From: Capsulimonadales bacterium
GTDB taxonomy: Bacteria > Armatimonadota > Armatimonadia > Armatimonadales > Armatimonadaceae
Direction: 5' to 3'
Length of the DNA stretch: 64,000 nucleotides
Assembly: GCA_033762295.1 (NCBI GenBank)
Contig: JANRLW010000043.1
Coordinates: 64,001 to 128,000, forward strand
This document shows positions 50,292 through 58,646 of the stretch, piece after piece. The translations under genes and the position numbers were made by a program. Within the stretch, counting starts at the first letter, position 1. Every line of letters begins with the position of its first letter. Under the pieces are notes generated by a model. It saw nothing but the letters and a program-made list of their open reading frames with translations, made no database searches and was not told where the DNA came from.

Positions 50292-50345
50292 ATCTTCAGT
50301 CCGAACACCCGGTTTCCAGGCTTTTCGCGATAAAATTCCGATGAA

Positions 50346-50573
50346 ATGATTGATTACTACTCTCGTGTCCGTTTACAATCGGACAGGTTCCTCCACGAAG
50401 GACTGGCAATTGGTGCTCTCGGCTATGTTATCGAAGTGTATGACGATGGGTTCTGCGAGGTCGAGTTTTCGAACGAGCAGGGATTTACTTCCCCTCAAAT
50501 AGTCGCTCATGAAACGGAATTGGAGTTAGTTGAAGAATCACCATGTACGAAAGGTAATGCCGGGATGGGGTAG
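50346..50573 (+). CDS. DUF4926-like small protein (putative immunity)
   Basis: GL..GALGYVIEVY...CEVEFSNEQG pattern. Confidence 0.75.
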   Translation: MIDYYSRVRLQSDRFLHEGLAIGALGYVIEVYDDGFCEVEFSNEQGFTSPQIVAHETELELVEESPCTKGNAGMG

Positions 50574-50693
50574 ATGACCGGTGGTGATAGTGAAAGCGTT
50601 TTTGGAACTTATTGGCCACCAGGGGAAAGCTTTCTCGACACACGTGCGCACTCAATTATATGAGTAAATGATTCGGCAAACGCGAGAAAAACA

Positions 50694-51160
50694 TTGACCT
50701 TCGATCTTGAGATAGAACGCAATCCTTCCGGCCACGACGACCTCATTCTGCACTTTGCCGGACGGGCGTGGCCGTGTGATTCATATTATCTTGGACTCGC
50801 CCCTGACGTTTTACCGGACCAACACGATCGATACAAGATCCGGCTGGTTTTATGTTCGCTGTTGCGACAGTGGGTGGAGACGGTGACAAACCTTTCGGAA
50901 TCCGGTGGCGTGTTCTTCCGTACGATTTTTCGGACGAGTACACCGGATGGCTCCAATGCCGGCGCTTCGGTGACTTCGTCGTCTTATGTCGCGGATGGTC
51001 AACAATCGAAGGGTGGAGTATTAACCCCTCTTCTGTCGGGGAATATATATACCATGTTCCGAACTTTCAACCGGATGCCCCGAAACTGGAGGCCAATTTC
51101 AGGGAGGTCGTAAATACTTGTATGGTATTGCAACGCCGATTCTGTGGCGGCCGTCGGTGA
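50694..51160 (+). pseudogene. Frameshifted putative immunity gene
   Basis: ORF 50694 (CDSYY..LLRQW) continues in another frame near 50910 as LPYDFSDEYTGWLQC. Confidence 0.6.
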
Positions 51161-51259
51161 CCCTTTACCATCGGTGAAGTCCGAATCGCGATCTTTGTCG
51201 TCCGAAAGACAGGGAACGGTCCGAGGGGGCCTCCGTAACGTCGCCCTGCCAGAACGCCC

Positions 51260-51426
51260 GCCGTCTCGAGACGACGTCGGAGCCTCCGTTCTTCGTGTCG
51301 GGGCTGGGCTGGGTCCCGGCAGGACTTCTGTCGATCGGGAACGCAATCGTCACGCGGGCCGGTCCGAAGGCGACCGAGCAGACAAGCGCTGTCGCCAAAG
51401 TCGAGACCCAGGTCGGACGAATCCGT
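51260..51426 (+). repeat. HINT repeat copy 1 (truncated; degenerate 5' part from about 51165)
   Basis: Encodes RLETTSEPPFFVSGLGWVPAGLLSIGNAIVTRAGPKATEQTSAVAKVETQVGRIR. Confidence 0.9.
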
Positions 51427-51427
51427 T

Positions 51428-51610
51428 TTCGCCGGTAGCCCGATTTTGCCCGACATGTCAAACGCCTGAATAGTTACCTATTAGGAATTTACCGTTCCCA
51501 CTCCAGGGCTTGCAATGCGGGGCGCGCGGCGCGTGGTTACTGGGGCGGGTGGAGAAGTCTACTACACGTACAACCACTACAATTGTTTTGTTCAGTTGTT
51601 CAGGATGTGA
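51428..51610 (+). pseudogene. RNase Sa/barnase-like ribonuclease toxin remnant
   Basis: Reads FAGSPILPDMSNA*IVTY*EFTVPTPGLAMRGARRVVTGAGGEVYYTYNHY; stops at 51467 and 51482. Confidence 0.85.
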
Positions 51611-51616
51611 AAAAGA

Positions 51617-52036
51617 ATGAGTTGGTTTTATGTTGCTGAGAGTGACGTTACGGATCCGGAATCGTCGTCTACACGGAAAACCGTCCGAATAGATGGTAAT
51701 ACCGTTTCGACCACGGACGAACTGTTTGACTGCCTTAGCCAATACCTCGAATTTCCGAACTATTTCGGTCGGAACTGGTCTGCGCTAGAGGACTGCCTGG
51801 GTGACCTGCAATGGCTTGGTACTAACGTCATCACCGTCATTTGGTTTCAATGCCGAACGTACTTCCTAAAGAACCCGGAAGACTTTTTAACCTTTCTTGA
51901 TGTCTTCGAAAATTCAGCCAGTTGGCACAAACAGGTCGGTGGCGACTTACGGTTGATACTATCAGATGATTATCTGTATCGTGTTTCCTTAGCTCTGAAA
52001 AACGCAACGCTTTCAAACGAGAACAACCATCAATGA
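51617..52036 (+). CDS. Barstar family ribonuclease inhibitor (immunity)
   Basis: IDG..LEFPNYFGRNWSALEDCLGDLQW. Confidence 0.92.
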   Translation: MSWFYVAESDVTDPESSSTRKTVRIDGNTVSTTDELFDCLSQYLEFPNYFGRNWSALEDCLGDLQWLGTNVITVIWFQCRTYFLKNPEDFLTFLDVFENSASWHKQVGGDLRLILSDDYLYRVSLALKNATLSNENNHQ

Positions 52037-52039
52037 ACT

Positions 52040-52687
52040 GTGACAGGCAGGTGCCGATTATGGCAGCATGCCGTCTTCCATAACGGGGATGGCAGCCGTC
52101 TCGAGACGACGTCGGAGCCTCCGTTCTTCGTGTCGGGGCTGGGCTGGGTTCCGGCAGGACGTCTGTCGATCGGAAACACGATCGTCACCCGCGCCGGTCC
52201 GAAGGCGACCGAGCAGACGAGCACCGTCGCCAAGGTCGAGGCCCAGGTCGGTCGCATCCGTGTCTACATTCTCAACGTTGCCGACCTCAATACCTTCTTT
52301 GTTCAGGACGCCCACCAAAAGGGACTGCCCAAGTGGGTGCATAACGGGTGTAACCTCATCGAAATTGCAGAGGAAGTACATTCCGTTTTGCCTGTCGGTG
52401 CCCAGGATTACCGGACCACGGCGGCGGTGCGAGCCTGGACCGGGAAGAGTTTCGAAACTGTTGTTGCTTCCAACCGGACGTATCTGTCGCGCCCTCAACA
52501 GGCCGTTGCCGAGGCATACGGAGCGATTTGTGCATCCGGAAAGGGGCATGCCGAGCTGACGGCGATTCGATATGCGCGAAGTCGCGGATGGAAGGTAATT
52601 TCCGTTGCTGCATCGCGACCGATTTGTGGTGAATGTTGGGTAACGATCAAGGATATTGGTGCGTTTGTGTTAACTGTTAGAAGGTAA
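52040..52687 (+). CDS. Orphan cassette: partial HINT (52085-52345) plus zinc-dependent nucleic acid deaminase toxin
   Basis: HINT ends WVHN; toxin carries GHAE..SRPICGEC. Confidence 0.85.
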   Translation: MTGRCRLWQHAVFHNGDGSRLETTSEPPFFVSGLGWVPAGRLSIGNTIVTRAGPKATEQTSTVAKVEAQVGRIRVYILNVADLNTFFVQDAHQKGLPKWVHNGCNLIEIAEEVHSVLPVGAQDYRTTAAVRAWTGKSFETVVASNRTYLSRPQQAVAEAYGAICASGKGHAELTAIRYARSRGWKVISVAASRPICGECWVTIKDIGAFVLTVRR

Positions 52688-52700
52688 AGGTTAGAAATCT

Positions 52701-53009
52701 ATGCATAAATACCGTGTCCCCGTTAATTGTTACGTTTACATCGAGGCCGAGGACGATACTGAAGCATTGTTAAAAGCACAGAAATGGGCATTATCGGTCT
52801 ACGCGGAGGAGAACAGTCAGGAATCCCCTTGTGAACGTCCCCCTCTGGAAGGTATCTCGATCAAGGTGGATGACAAGCACGTTATGATATTCACCTCGTT
52901 TATGGATCGGGAACTGCAAAAAGCGAAGGAATACCAGGAAACGTACTTGCTACCGGCTCTGGTGAAAGCGCGAACGGCTCGGCGGAGAAAAACCAGCGAG
53001 ACGCCGTGA
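52701..53009 (+). CDS. Putative cognate immunity protein of the deaminase toxin
   Basis: Small ORF 13 nt after the toxin stop; function inferred from position only. Confidence 0.6.
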   Translation: MHKYRVPVNCYVYIEAEDDTEALLKAQKWALSVYAEENSQESPCERPPLEGISIKVDDKHVMIFTSFMDRELQKAKEYQETYLLPALVKARTARRRKTSETP

Positions 53010-53039
53010 ACGGGGCAGGAACCCGAAACGTCTCTGCCA

Positions 53040-53624
53040 ATGGCGTCGGCGCCGTTCGCTGGCAACCGGGTTCCGGCGGGCCGGTTGGCGATCGGGAACG
53101 CGATTGTCACGCGGGCCGGTCCGAAGGCGGCCGAGCAGACGAGCGCTGTTGCCAAAGTCGAGCCTCTGGTCGGTCGCATCCGGGTCTATAACCTCAACGT
53201 CGCCGACAACCACACCTTCTTCGTTCAGGACGCCCAAGGTAAGGGACAACCCAAGTGGGTGCATAATGAGTGTGACCTCGGCCTGTTGACAGGGAAATCG
53301 GCAAAAGTGACGCGAAAAGGCTTGGGAGTTATTGAGGAACATTTAGCACAGTTAGATCACGCGACGTATAATGACGCGATGATTGGACGCCTTCGTTCTG
53401 CGATGGCTAACGGACAAAAAATATCCGGTGCGGATTTGAGTTTTTATACTCACGAACTGAGCGAAGCGACAATGATGCAGGGCGGTGCATACACTGACGC
53501 AGCATATAATGCCGCTCATGCGGCGCCACTCGCCAAGTATAAAGTCTCCCCATTTAGTGTTTATCATCCTGACGTTATCAGGGCGATGCCGCAAGAATTC
53601 GGGCCAGCGTGGCGTCGCGCATGA
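53040..53624 (+). CDS. Orphan cassette: partial HINT (53068-53267) plus HExxE-motif toxin domain
   Basis: WVHN-ECDLG..FYTHELSEATMM..AAH..YHPDVI. Confidence 0.8.
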   Translation: MASAPFAGNRVPAGRLAIGNAIVTRAGPKAAEQTSAVAKVEPLVGRIRVYNLNVADNHTFFVQDAQGKGQPKWVHNECDLGLLTGKSAKVTRKGLGVIEEHLAQLDHATYNDAMIGRLRSAMANGQKISGADLSFYTHELSEATMMQGGAYTDAAYNAAHAAPLAKYKVSPFSVYHPDVIRAMPQEFGPAWRRA

Positions 53625-54172
53625 GGTATTCCGTGATTGAAGCCCCTTTTCATAAACCAGGCACCATACGCATTTGGTTCGATGAGGCTAAACCTTATGA
53701 TTTCGCTCCTGGGCGGGTTGTGAAGTTTGAGATTGCAACCCAGCCTTCAGCCATCCGAAGAGAGCGAAGGGTAACAGTGGAACTGGTATTGCGTAGGGCT
53801 GGTCTTTTCCCATATGGGTTGTTAGGCGCAGCGTTCATCCCAAATGTATCGAACGTATTGCAAATCGAAGTCAATTGCGACAGTCAGACCGATGTAATGG
53901 TATTGAATAGTTTAGCCTTGCAACCGGATACCGTTCTGATAGGTCTTCCCTATGAATATGCTCAAGCAGTTTTAAACAGTGTGGCCCACTCTGACATCAG
54001 CGAACAATTGGGAAGTGGTCTTATCCGCTTTGATTGTGCTGCTCACGGTGAGGTCGGCTCATCTTCATCTGCTTTTGTGCGTTTGTCTCTCATCGTCACG
54101 CAACTACTTACGTTAGATGTAACAGAGCGTAGTTACAATGACATTGCTTCTATTCTTACTCAGATTGAATAG
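53621..54172 (+). CDS. Putative immunity protein resembling EF-G domain IV (S5 domain 2-like fold)
   Basis: ATGA overlap with the toxin; PYGLL..F.P, GLPYEYAQAV, FDCAAHGEVGSSSSAF. Confidence 0.7.
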   Translation: MRYSVIEAPFHKPGTIRIWFDEAKPYDFAPGRVVKFEIATQPSAIRRERRVTVELVLRRAGLFPYGLLGAAFIPNVSNVLQIEVNCDSQTDVMVLNSLALQPDTVLIGLPYEYAQAVLNSVAHSDISEQLGSGLIRFDCAAHGEVGSSSSAFVRLSLIVTQLLTLDVTERSYNDIASILTQIE

Positions 54173-54463
54173 CAAGCCGTTAAGGGCAAGTGGTCGGGAG
54201 GCACTCTATTGCTTGCCTCGTGTGTAACCGCCCGCGTACCTTATGAGCATCCTTCCAGCACACTCAGAGGCAGGACGTTTTGCTTTCACAAGGGGGATAG
54301 TTTCCCTTCCTTCCGCAGCCGGTCAATTTCCGGACCAGCGGGCAAGTGGTCGAGTGTCCTTCCAGTCCGTCGCCGCGCCCGCAGGGACAGACGAACTCCG
54401 AGAGCGGCTTCGGCGTGCGGCCAAGGTTGCTGATCTTCGTCCCAGTCGTCCCCAACCGGCTTT

Positions 54464-55126
54464 GTGGCAGCCAAACGCGTCCCGGACACGTCGGTTCGGG
54501 AAGTGATCTCGACGACGGTGTTGACGTTCGCGGACGGCAGCCGGATCGAGACCACGTCGGAGCATCCGTTCTTCGTATCGGGACTGGGCTGGGTCCCGGC
54601 AGGTCGGTTAGCAATCGGGAACGCGATCGTGACCCGCGCCGGTCCGAAGGCGACCGAGCAGACGAGCGCCGTCGCCAAAGTCGAGACCCTGGTCGGTCGA
54701 ATCCGGGTTTACAACCTCAATGTCGCCGACAACCACACCTTCTTCGTTCAGGATGCCCACGGTAACGGACTGCCCAAGTGGGTGCATAACGGGTGCATCT
54801 GGAAAATCAGTCCTGTGTTCCCTGATTGGGCAGTTAAAGGAGCCCATTTTACGGCCAATGGAATCGAACTCGCTTTGCGACCGGGACGGGGTGGTGCTAT
54901 GGTTCTAAAACAAGTGTTTTCCAAAACGCCCGCTCATCTTGTTCGCGAAGCCATTCAGGACGCGCGTCCGCTCTTACAGGACAAAGCATTTCTCCTCAAA
55001 ATGCTGGATCGAGTTAAAGAAGCCAAATCATATGTCCTGGAATATCCTAAAGAAGGAGGGATGGGGCGGTCCGCCGAACTCCATTTTCTTGAAGTTGCCC
55101 TGAAACGAGCACTAAACGGACTTTGA
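54464..55126 (+). CDS. Orphan cassette: longest HINT copy (to 54790) plus uncharacterised toxin domain
   Basis: TTSEHPFF, VYNLNVADNHTFFV, WVHN-GC; then DWAVKGAHF..ELALRP..VFS..ELHFLE. Confidence 0.85.
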   Translation: MAAKRVPDTSVREVISTTVLTFADGSRIETTSEHPFFVSGLGWVPAGRLAIGNAIVTRAGPKATEQTSAVAKVETLVGRIRVYNLNVADNHTFFVQDAHGNGLPKWVHNGCIWKISPVFPDWAVKGAHFTANGIELALRPGRGGAMVLKQVFSKTPAHLVREAIQDARPLLQDKAFLLKMLDRVKEAKSYVLEYPKEGGMGRSAELHFLEVALKRALNGL

Positions 55127-55130
55127 GGGG

Positions 55131-55577
55131 ATGATGCAAATTTCTTTACTGGAATTTTTGCGCTACGGACGGACGGCTGGTCTGCATGCGAACCTCTCCA
55201 AAGACGATGTCGAAGCCATTCTCGGAAGCCCGAACGGTACCGGGGGGGAGACCCGGCGGCGAAAGAATCCTTCCATATATAAATACGAAAGCCTGGAAAT
55301 AATGTTCGCCGAACCTGAACGTCAGAATGCCCACCGACTAACCATCAACCCGTATCCGGATGACTTTATGTTCCCTCCTTCCTGGACGATTGACGATTGG
55401 TCATTACATCCGACGGATTCCGTTGAAGACGTACAACGCTTTTTGGAGGACAACAACCTCTCCTATGAATTTCGTTACCCGGAACTCTCCAACAAGGTAT
55501 TGGGCGTCGTCGAAAGCAGTGTCGAAATCTATTTTGACGACGGCCTGTTATGCAGCATCACCAGCCTACTGAAATAG
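55131..55577 (+). CDS. Putative cognate immunity protein
   Basis: 4 nt after the toxin stop; acidic; SLLEFLRYG, VEAILGSP, IYKY. Confidence 0.7.
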   Translation: MMQISLLEFLRYGRTAGLHANLSKDDVEAILGSPNGTGGETRRRKNPSIYKYESLEIMFAEPERQNAHRLTINPYPDDFMFPPSWTIDDWSLHPTDSVEDVQRFLEDNNLSYEFRYPELSNKVLGVVESSVEIYFDDGLLCSITSLLK

Positions 55578-55587
55578 GGTAACAAGG

Positions 55588-55788
55588 TTGCACAATGCCT
55601 TATCCAGGTTTTTACGCCAACAGACAAAGAATATCAATGGGACGGTCTTTGATATGTTGCCTAGGAAAGGCAACGCCGGATCGATTGTTCGAACGAACTT
55701 CACTCGATCCGAACGACTGAGTGCGTTAGATCAGTTTTATCAGAATTACCAGGGAGGGGCGTATTACAGCAATTCCTCAATGAAGTAA
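55588..55788 (+). pseudogene. Toxin C-terminal fragment (possible HNH/AHH-like nuclease tail)
   Basis: LHNAL..MLPRKGNAG..NFTRSERLSALDQFY; lacks its HINT and N-terminus; precedes an immunity-like gene. Confidence 0.5.
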
Positions 55789-55830
55789 TGGTAGCCATCC
55801 GAAACGGTTGGGCGCGCTAGGGTAAGGTTT

Positions 55831-56430
55831 ATGTCAGAGCAATGGTACTGGTTAGTTCCGAAGGATCAGAGACACAATAACTTCGTGTTTTGGCATGAAG
55901 GTCCTCCGCGGACGGTACGGAATTCCTATTTGCATCTTCGGTGTCCGCAATGTGGAAAAATCGACGAAACCAACGCGGTTTTTCTGCCAACAGAGCCAGA
56001 TGTCAAAATCCGATCTCGTAGCGACATCGTTGGCACGGACGATGGCATGCTCTGCTTCAGTCAGCGGGCAAAATCAGTAACAGAGCAAAATGGCATTGGC
56101 GGCTTGCGCTTTCTTCCCGTGGGTTTGAACCACCAGTACTTTATGGTCTGGCCGACAAACTGGGTGCCCGTGGACCTGTCATCCGCAGGCTTCCAGTATG
56201 AGGAAGGGGACCGTTTCTGTTCCGGTTGTGGCAGACCTCGCCGTGGCGCATATGTTGGCCCGTTACGGCAATCCTTTCCTGTTCCGGACGATGCCGCCTT
56301 GATTGTCGCGCCGTCTGCCTGGCGAGAGGGGTATTATACTCGTAACCTCTGGCTACTGGTTAGCGAAAATACAAAGGCCGTCTTCAAGAGGGAAAAGCTC
56401 TCGGGAATAGAGTTTTCGGTTCCGCTGTAA
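55831..56430 (+). CDS. Double-CXXCG motif putative immunity protein
   Basis: CPQCG and CSGCG motifs; C-terminal LLVSE..LSGIEF. Confidence 0.7.
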   Translation: MSEQWYWLVPKDQRHNNFVFWHEGPPRTVRNSYLHLRCPQCGKIDETNAVFLPTEPDVKIRSRSDIVGTDDGMLCFSQRAKSVTEQNGIGGLRFLPVGLNHQYFMVWPTNWVPVDLSSAGFQYEEGDRFCSGCGRPRRGAYVGPLRQSFPVPDDAALIVAPSAWREGYYTRNLWLLVSENTKAVFKREKLSGIEFSVPL

Positions 56431-56460
56431 CTCCGCCCATAACAACAAACGAAAAACCGG

Positions 56461-56922
56461 ATGAGGAAATACCCGATCCAGCTTAGCGCTGGCGATTTTG
56501 AAACCGGAATTTTACCAAACGGTAACCAACTCCTGATCGGAAAGCAGATACCCGGGCTCATCGCAGTTCTCTTTTCACCGGACGGCGACTTTATTCAATT
56601 GTTGACGAAACCAGGTTCCCGTCCTTTATCGGTGCCTTACCGAACCTATGAACTCGAGAGCGATCTGATGCATTGGCAAAAGGAGTTACAGGTCATACCC
56701 CATGCGATCGGTGTTCGAAAGTTCATGATCCGGGAGCATACGATCGGGATCCAGGACATTCCAGATCACTTAACGGTGACCGCGATCGAATCTCTGACGG
56801 ACGAGGACGACCGTATCGCAATGAAAAACGAACTGGCATGCTGGAAAAAGAACCGCTGTTTTGTCCTCTGGTGGGCCAAGGATTACTACATGAACCGACG
56901 TGGCGGAATCGATTCGACGTAA
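56461..56922 (+). CDS. Orphan putative immunity protein
   Basis: Intact ORF in the island; FVLWWAKDYYMN..G C-terminal motif. Confidence 0.65.
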   Translation: MRKYPIQLSAGDFETGILPNGNQLLIGKQIPGLIAVLFSPDGDFIQLLTKPGSRPLSVPYRTYELESDLMHWQKELQVIPHAIGVRKFMIREHTIGIQDIPDHLTVTAIESLTDEDDRIAMKNELACWKKNRCFVLWWAKDYYMNRRGGIDST

Positions 56923-56987
56923 GGGGAAAATCAGGGCATCACCGGCCCCTTCTCGATTCCGTGCGATCTCCGGGCAATGACAGCAAC

Positions 56988-57173
56988 GCTCGCATCGGAA
57001 TTTCGTCCTTTCGAAGAGCGCCGCGACCGGCACTGTGGAAGCGAAGGAGGTTCCGGACACGTCGGTTCGGGAGGTGATCTCGACGACGGTGTTGACGTTC
57101 GGGGATGGGAGTCGTCTCGAGACCACGTCGGAGCCTCCGTTCTTCGTGTCGGGGCTGGGCCGGATACCGGCAG
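56988..57173 (+). repeat. HINT repeat copy 5 (fragment, no toxin)
   Basis: FVLSKSAATGTVEAKEVPDTSVREVISTTVLTFGDGSRLETTSEPPFFVSGLG. Confidence 0.9.
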
Positions 57174-57206
57174 GGCAACCGGCGCTGACAACAATTGTAA
57201 ACTGCC

Positions 57207-57797
57207 ATGAAAAGTACTATCGCACTGTTTCAGGAAGATGAATTACCTCCCAAACATCCGCGGGTTACCGATAAACGTCCGACAAAGGTCGAAACAATCC
57301 TGAAGAAAGTCGACTGGCATACCTACGAACAAAACGTTCTCACACTGGTCAAGGGGGCAATCACTTCCTTTTCGCAGTCGCCTGAGGTCACTCCGGTTTG
57401 TCAGTTATCCCTGTTGACGGACGCACAGACAGGGCATAGCATTCTCAGCTTTGAGACCCGCAAAAATCGGGCAGATGTGGAGGAAAAGGATAACCACTTT
57501 GTGCAAATGGAAAAAATCGATCGGGTGCCACATACCATTAATGATAATCCGCGCGAGTTTCGCTTCTGGGCGTGGGCGTCCTACTATCATCGGGAACTGG
57601 ACGGTCTGAATCTATTGGATTTCGCTGTTCCTTCCCACAGGCAAGCCGCAGACCGCAGGATCGCCGCTTCGCTGCGGAATGTTATTAATACTTGTTGGGA
57701 TGGAAATGTTCTCATGCCGTTGCCTTTGGACTTGCCCTTTCATATCGGCATCAATGGCGTAAAGGATTGGTTCTGCGTCGTAAAAGTTCTAAAATGA
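57207..57797 (+). CDS. Orphan hypothetical (putative immunity) protein
   Basis: 196-aa intact ORF directly after a HINT fragment. Confidence 0.6.
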   Translation: MKSTIALFQEDELPPKHPRVTDKRPTKVETILKKVDWHTYEQNVLTLVKGAITSFSQSPEVTPVCQLSLLTDAQTGHSILSFETRKNRADVEEKDNHFVQMEKIDRVPHTINDNPREFRFWAWASYYHRELDGLNLLDFAVPSHRQAADRRIAASLRNVINTCWDGNVLMPLPLDLPFHIGINGVKDWFCVVKVLK

Positions 57798-58220
57798 CCT
57801 TTCGAGTAACACAGCTAAACTGACAGAGCCACAGGTCGCTGTGAAAGCGGACGCAGACCTCGTCGGCTTCGAGGCAGTCGCCCGGAGCGTCGGAGGCGGG
57901 GACAACGCTCGCGGCCAATCCATGGGCTAGTTGCCGTGCGCTTTTTTCCGGATTTTGCGAACGGTCATTCGGCTGACACCGAAGGTACGGGAGATGCCGT
58001 ACTGAGAGACACGCTCTGCCAGCGCGTTGAGGATATGTTGCTCCTTTTCGGGGCTGAGTTGCCTGGGGTTCGGGTTCGGCGTAAAGGTCTTCCGGCAGGC
58101 TTTACAACGGAGTCGTGCGGTTCCGCCTCGGTTGGTGCCGTGCTTGACGACGGTGTCGGGTTTGTTGCAGACGGGACAGAGAATCGCGACCATGCGACCA
58201 TCATACCATCAACGCATTAA
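57795..58220 (-). mobile_element. Truncated IS1-family element (InsA-like 57927-58193 plus a -1 frameshifted InsB fragment)
   Basis: CPVC..VVKHG..RLRCKACRKTF zinc ribbon plus HTH; GAAAAAA slip site; -1 frame reads CLEADEV..LWL..TRKVI. Confidence 0.82.
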
Positions 58221-58270
58221 ATTCTATAGCCACAAAAGCCAACGGGAGTTGTCCTTTGAATTCAAGCGAA

Positions 58271-58570
58271 ATGCGTAATTCCGTCACCGATCTTTTGAAT
58301 CTGGATACCTTGCCTTCTGGCAACGATTCTACGGAAGATTACGTGGAGAAGTTTTCTCGGTACCTCAGCATGATCGAACCACCTATCACGGACGCTGAAT
58401 CAATCGAACTCGCGAGATTGTTCGGACCCGATGACTGCTTCGGCGTTGCTTGGTCACTACTCCATATTCTCGAGACCGCACCTGGATGGCCCGTTGAAGA
58501 AGCGTTGTCCGTCGTTCCCGATTCTTGGCGTTCGATAATCGATGCCCGAGTAGCCAATCGAAGAAAGTAA
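58271..58570 (+). CDS. Orphan putative immunity protein
   Basis: DDCFGVAWSLLHILETAPGWP motif; small, acidic, helical. Confidence 0.7.
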   Translation: MRNSVTDLLNLDTLPSGNDSTEDYVEKFSRYLSMIEPPITDAESIELARLFGPDDCFGVAWSLLHILETAPGWPVEEALSVVPDSWRSIIDARVANRRK

Positions 58571-58646
58571 ATCCTCGCGAGTATAAACCGACAAGTCCGT
58601 GCCGTCGCGGAGAAATGCTCCGATCCATGCCTACGCACGAGGGGAA

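Noticed and set aside
54173..56460. Integron attC sites between the small genes (GTTAAGG near 54179, GTTGGGC near 55808, CCATAAC near 56437)
   Set aside because: Only isolated half-sites, no paired RYYYAAC..GTTRRRY hairpins, and no integrase in the window
57830..57926. Possible seventh HINT remnant on the + strand
   Set aside because: Better explained as the InsB frame of the IS1 remnant on the minus strand
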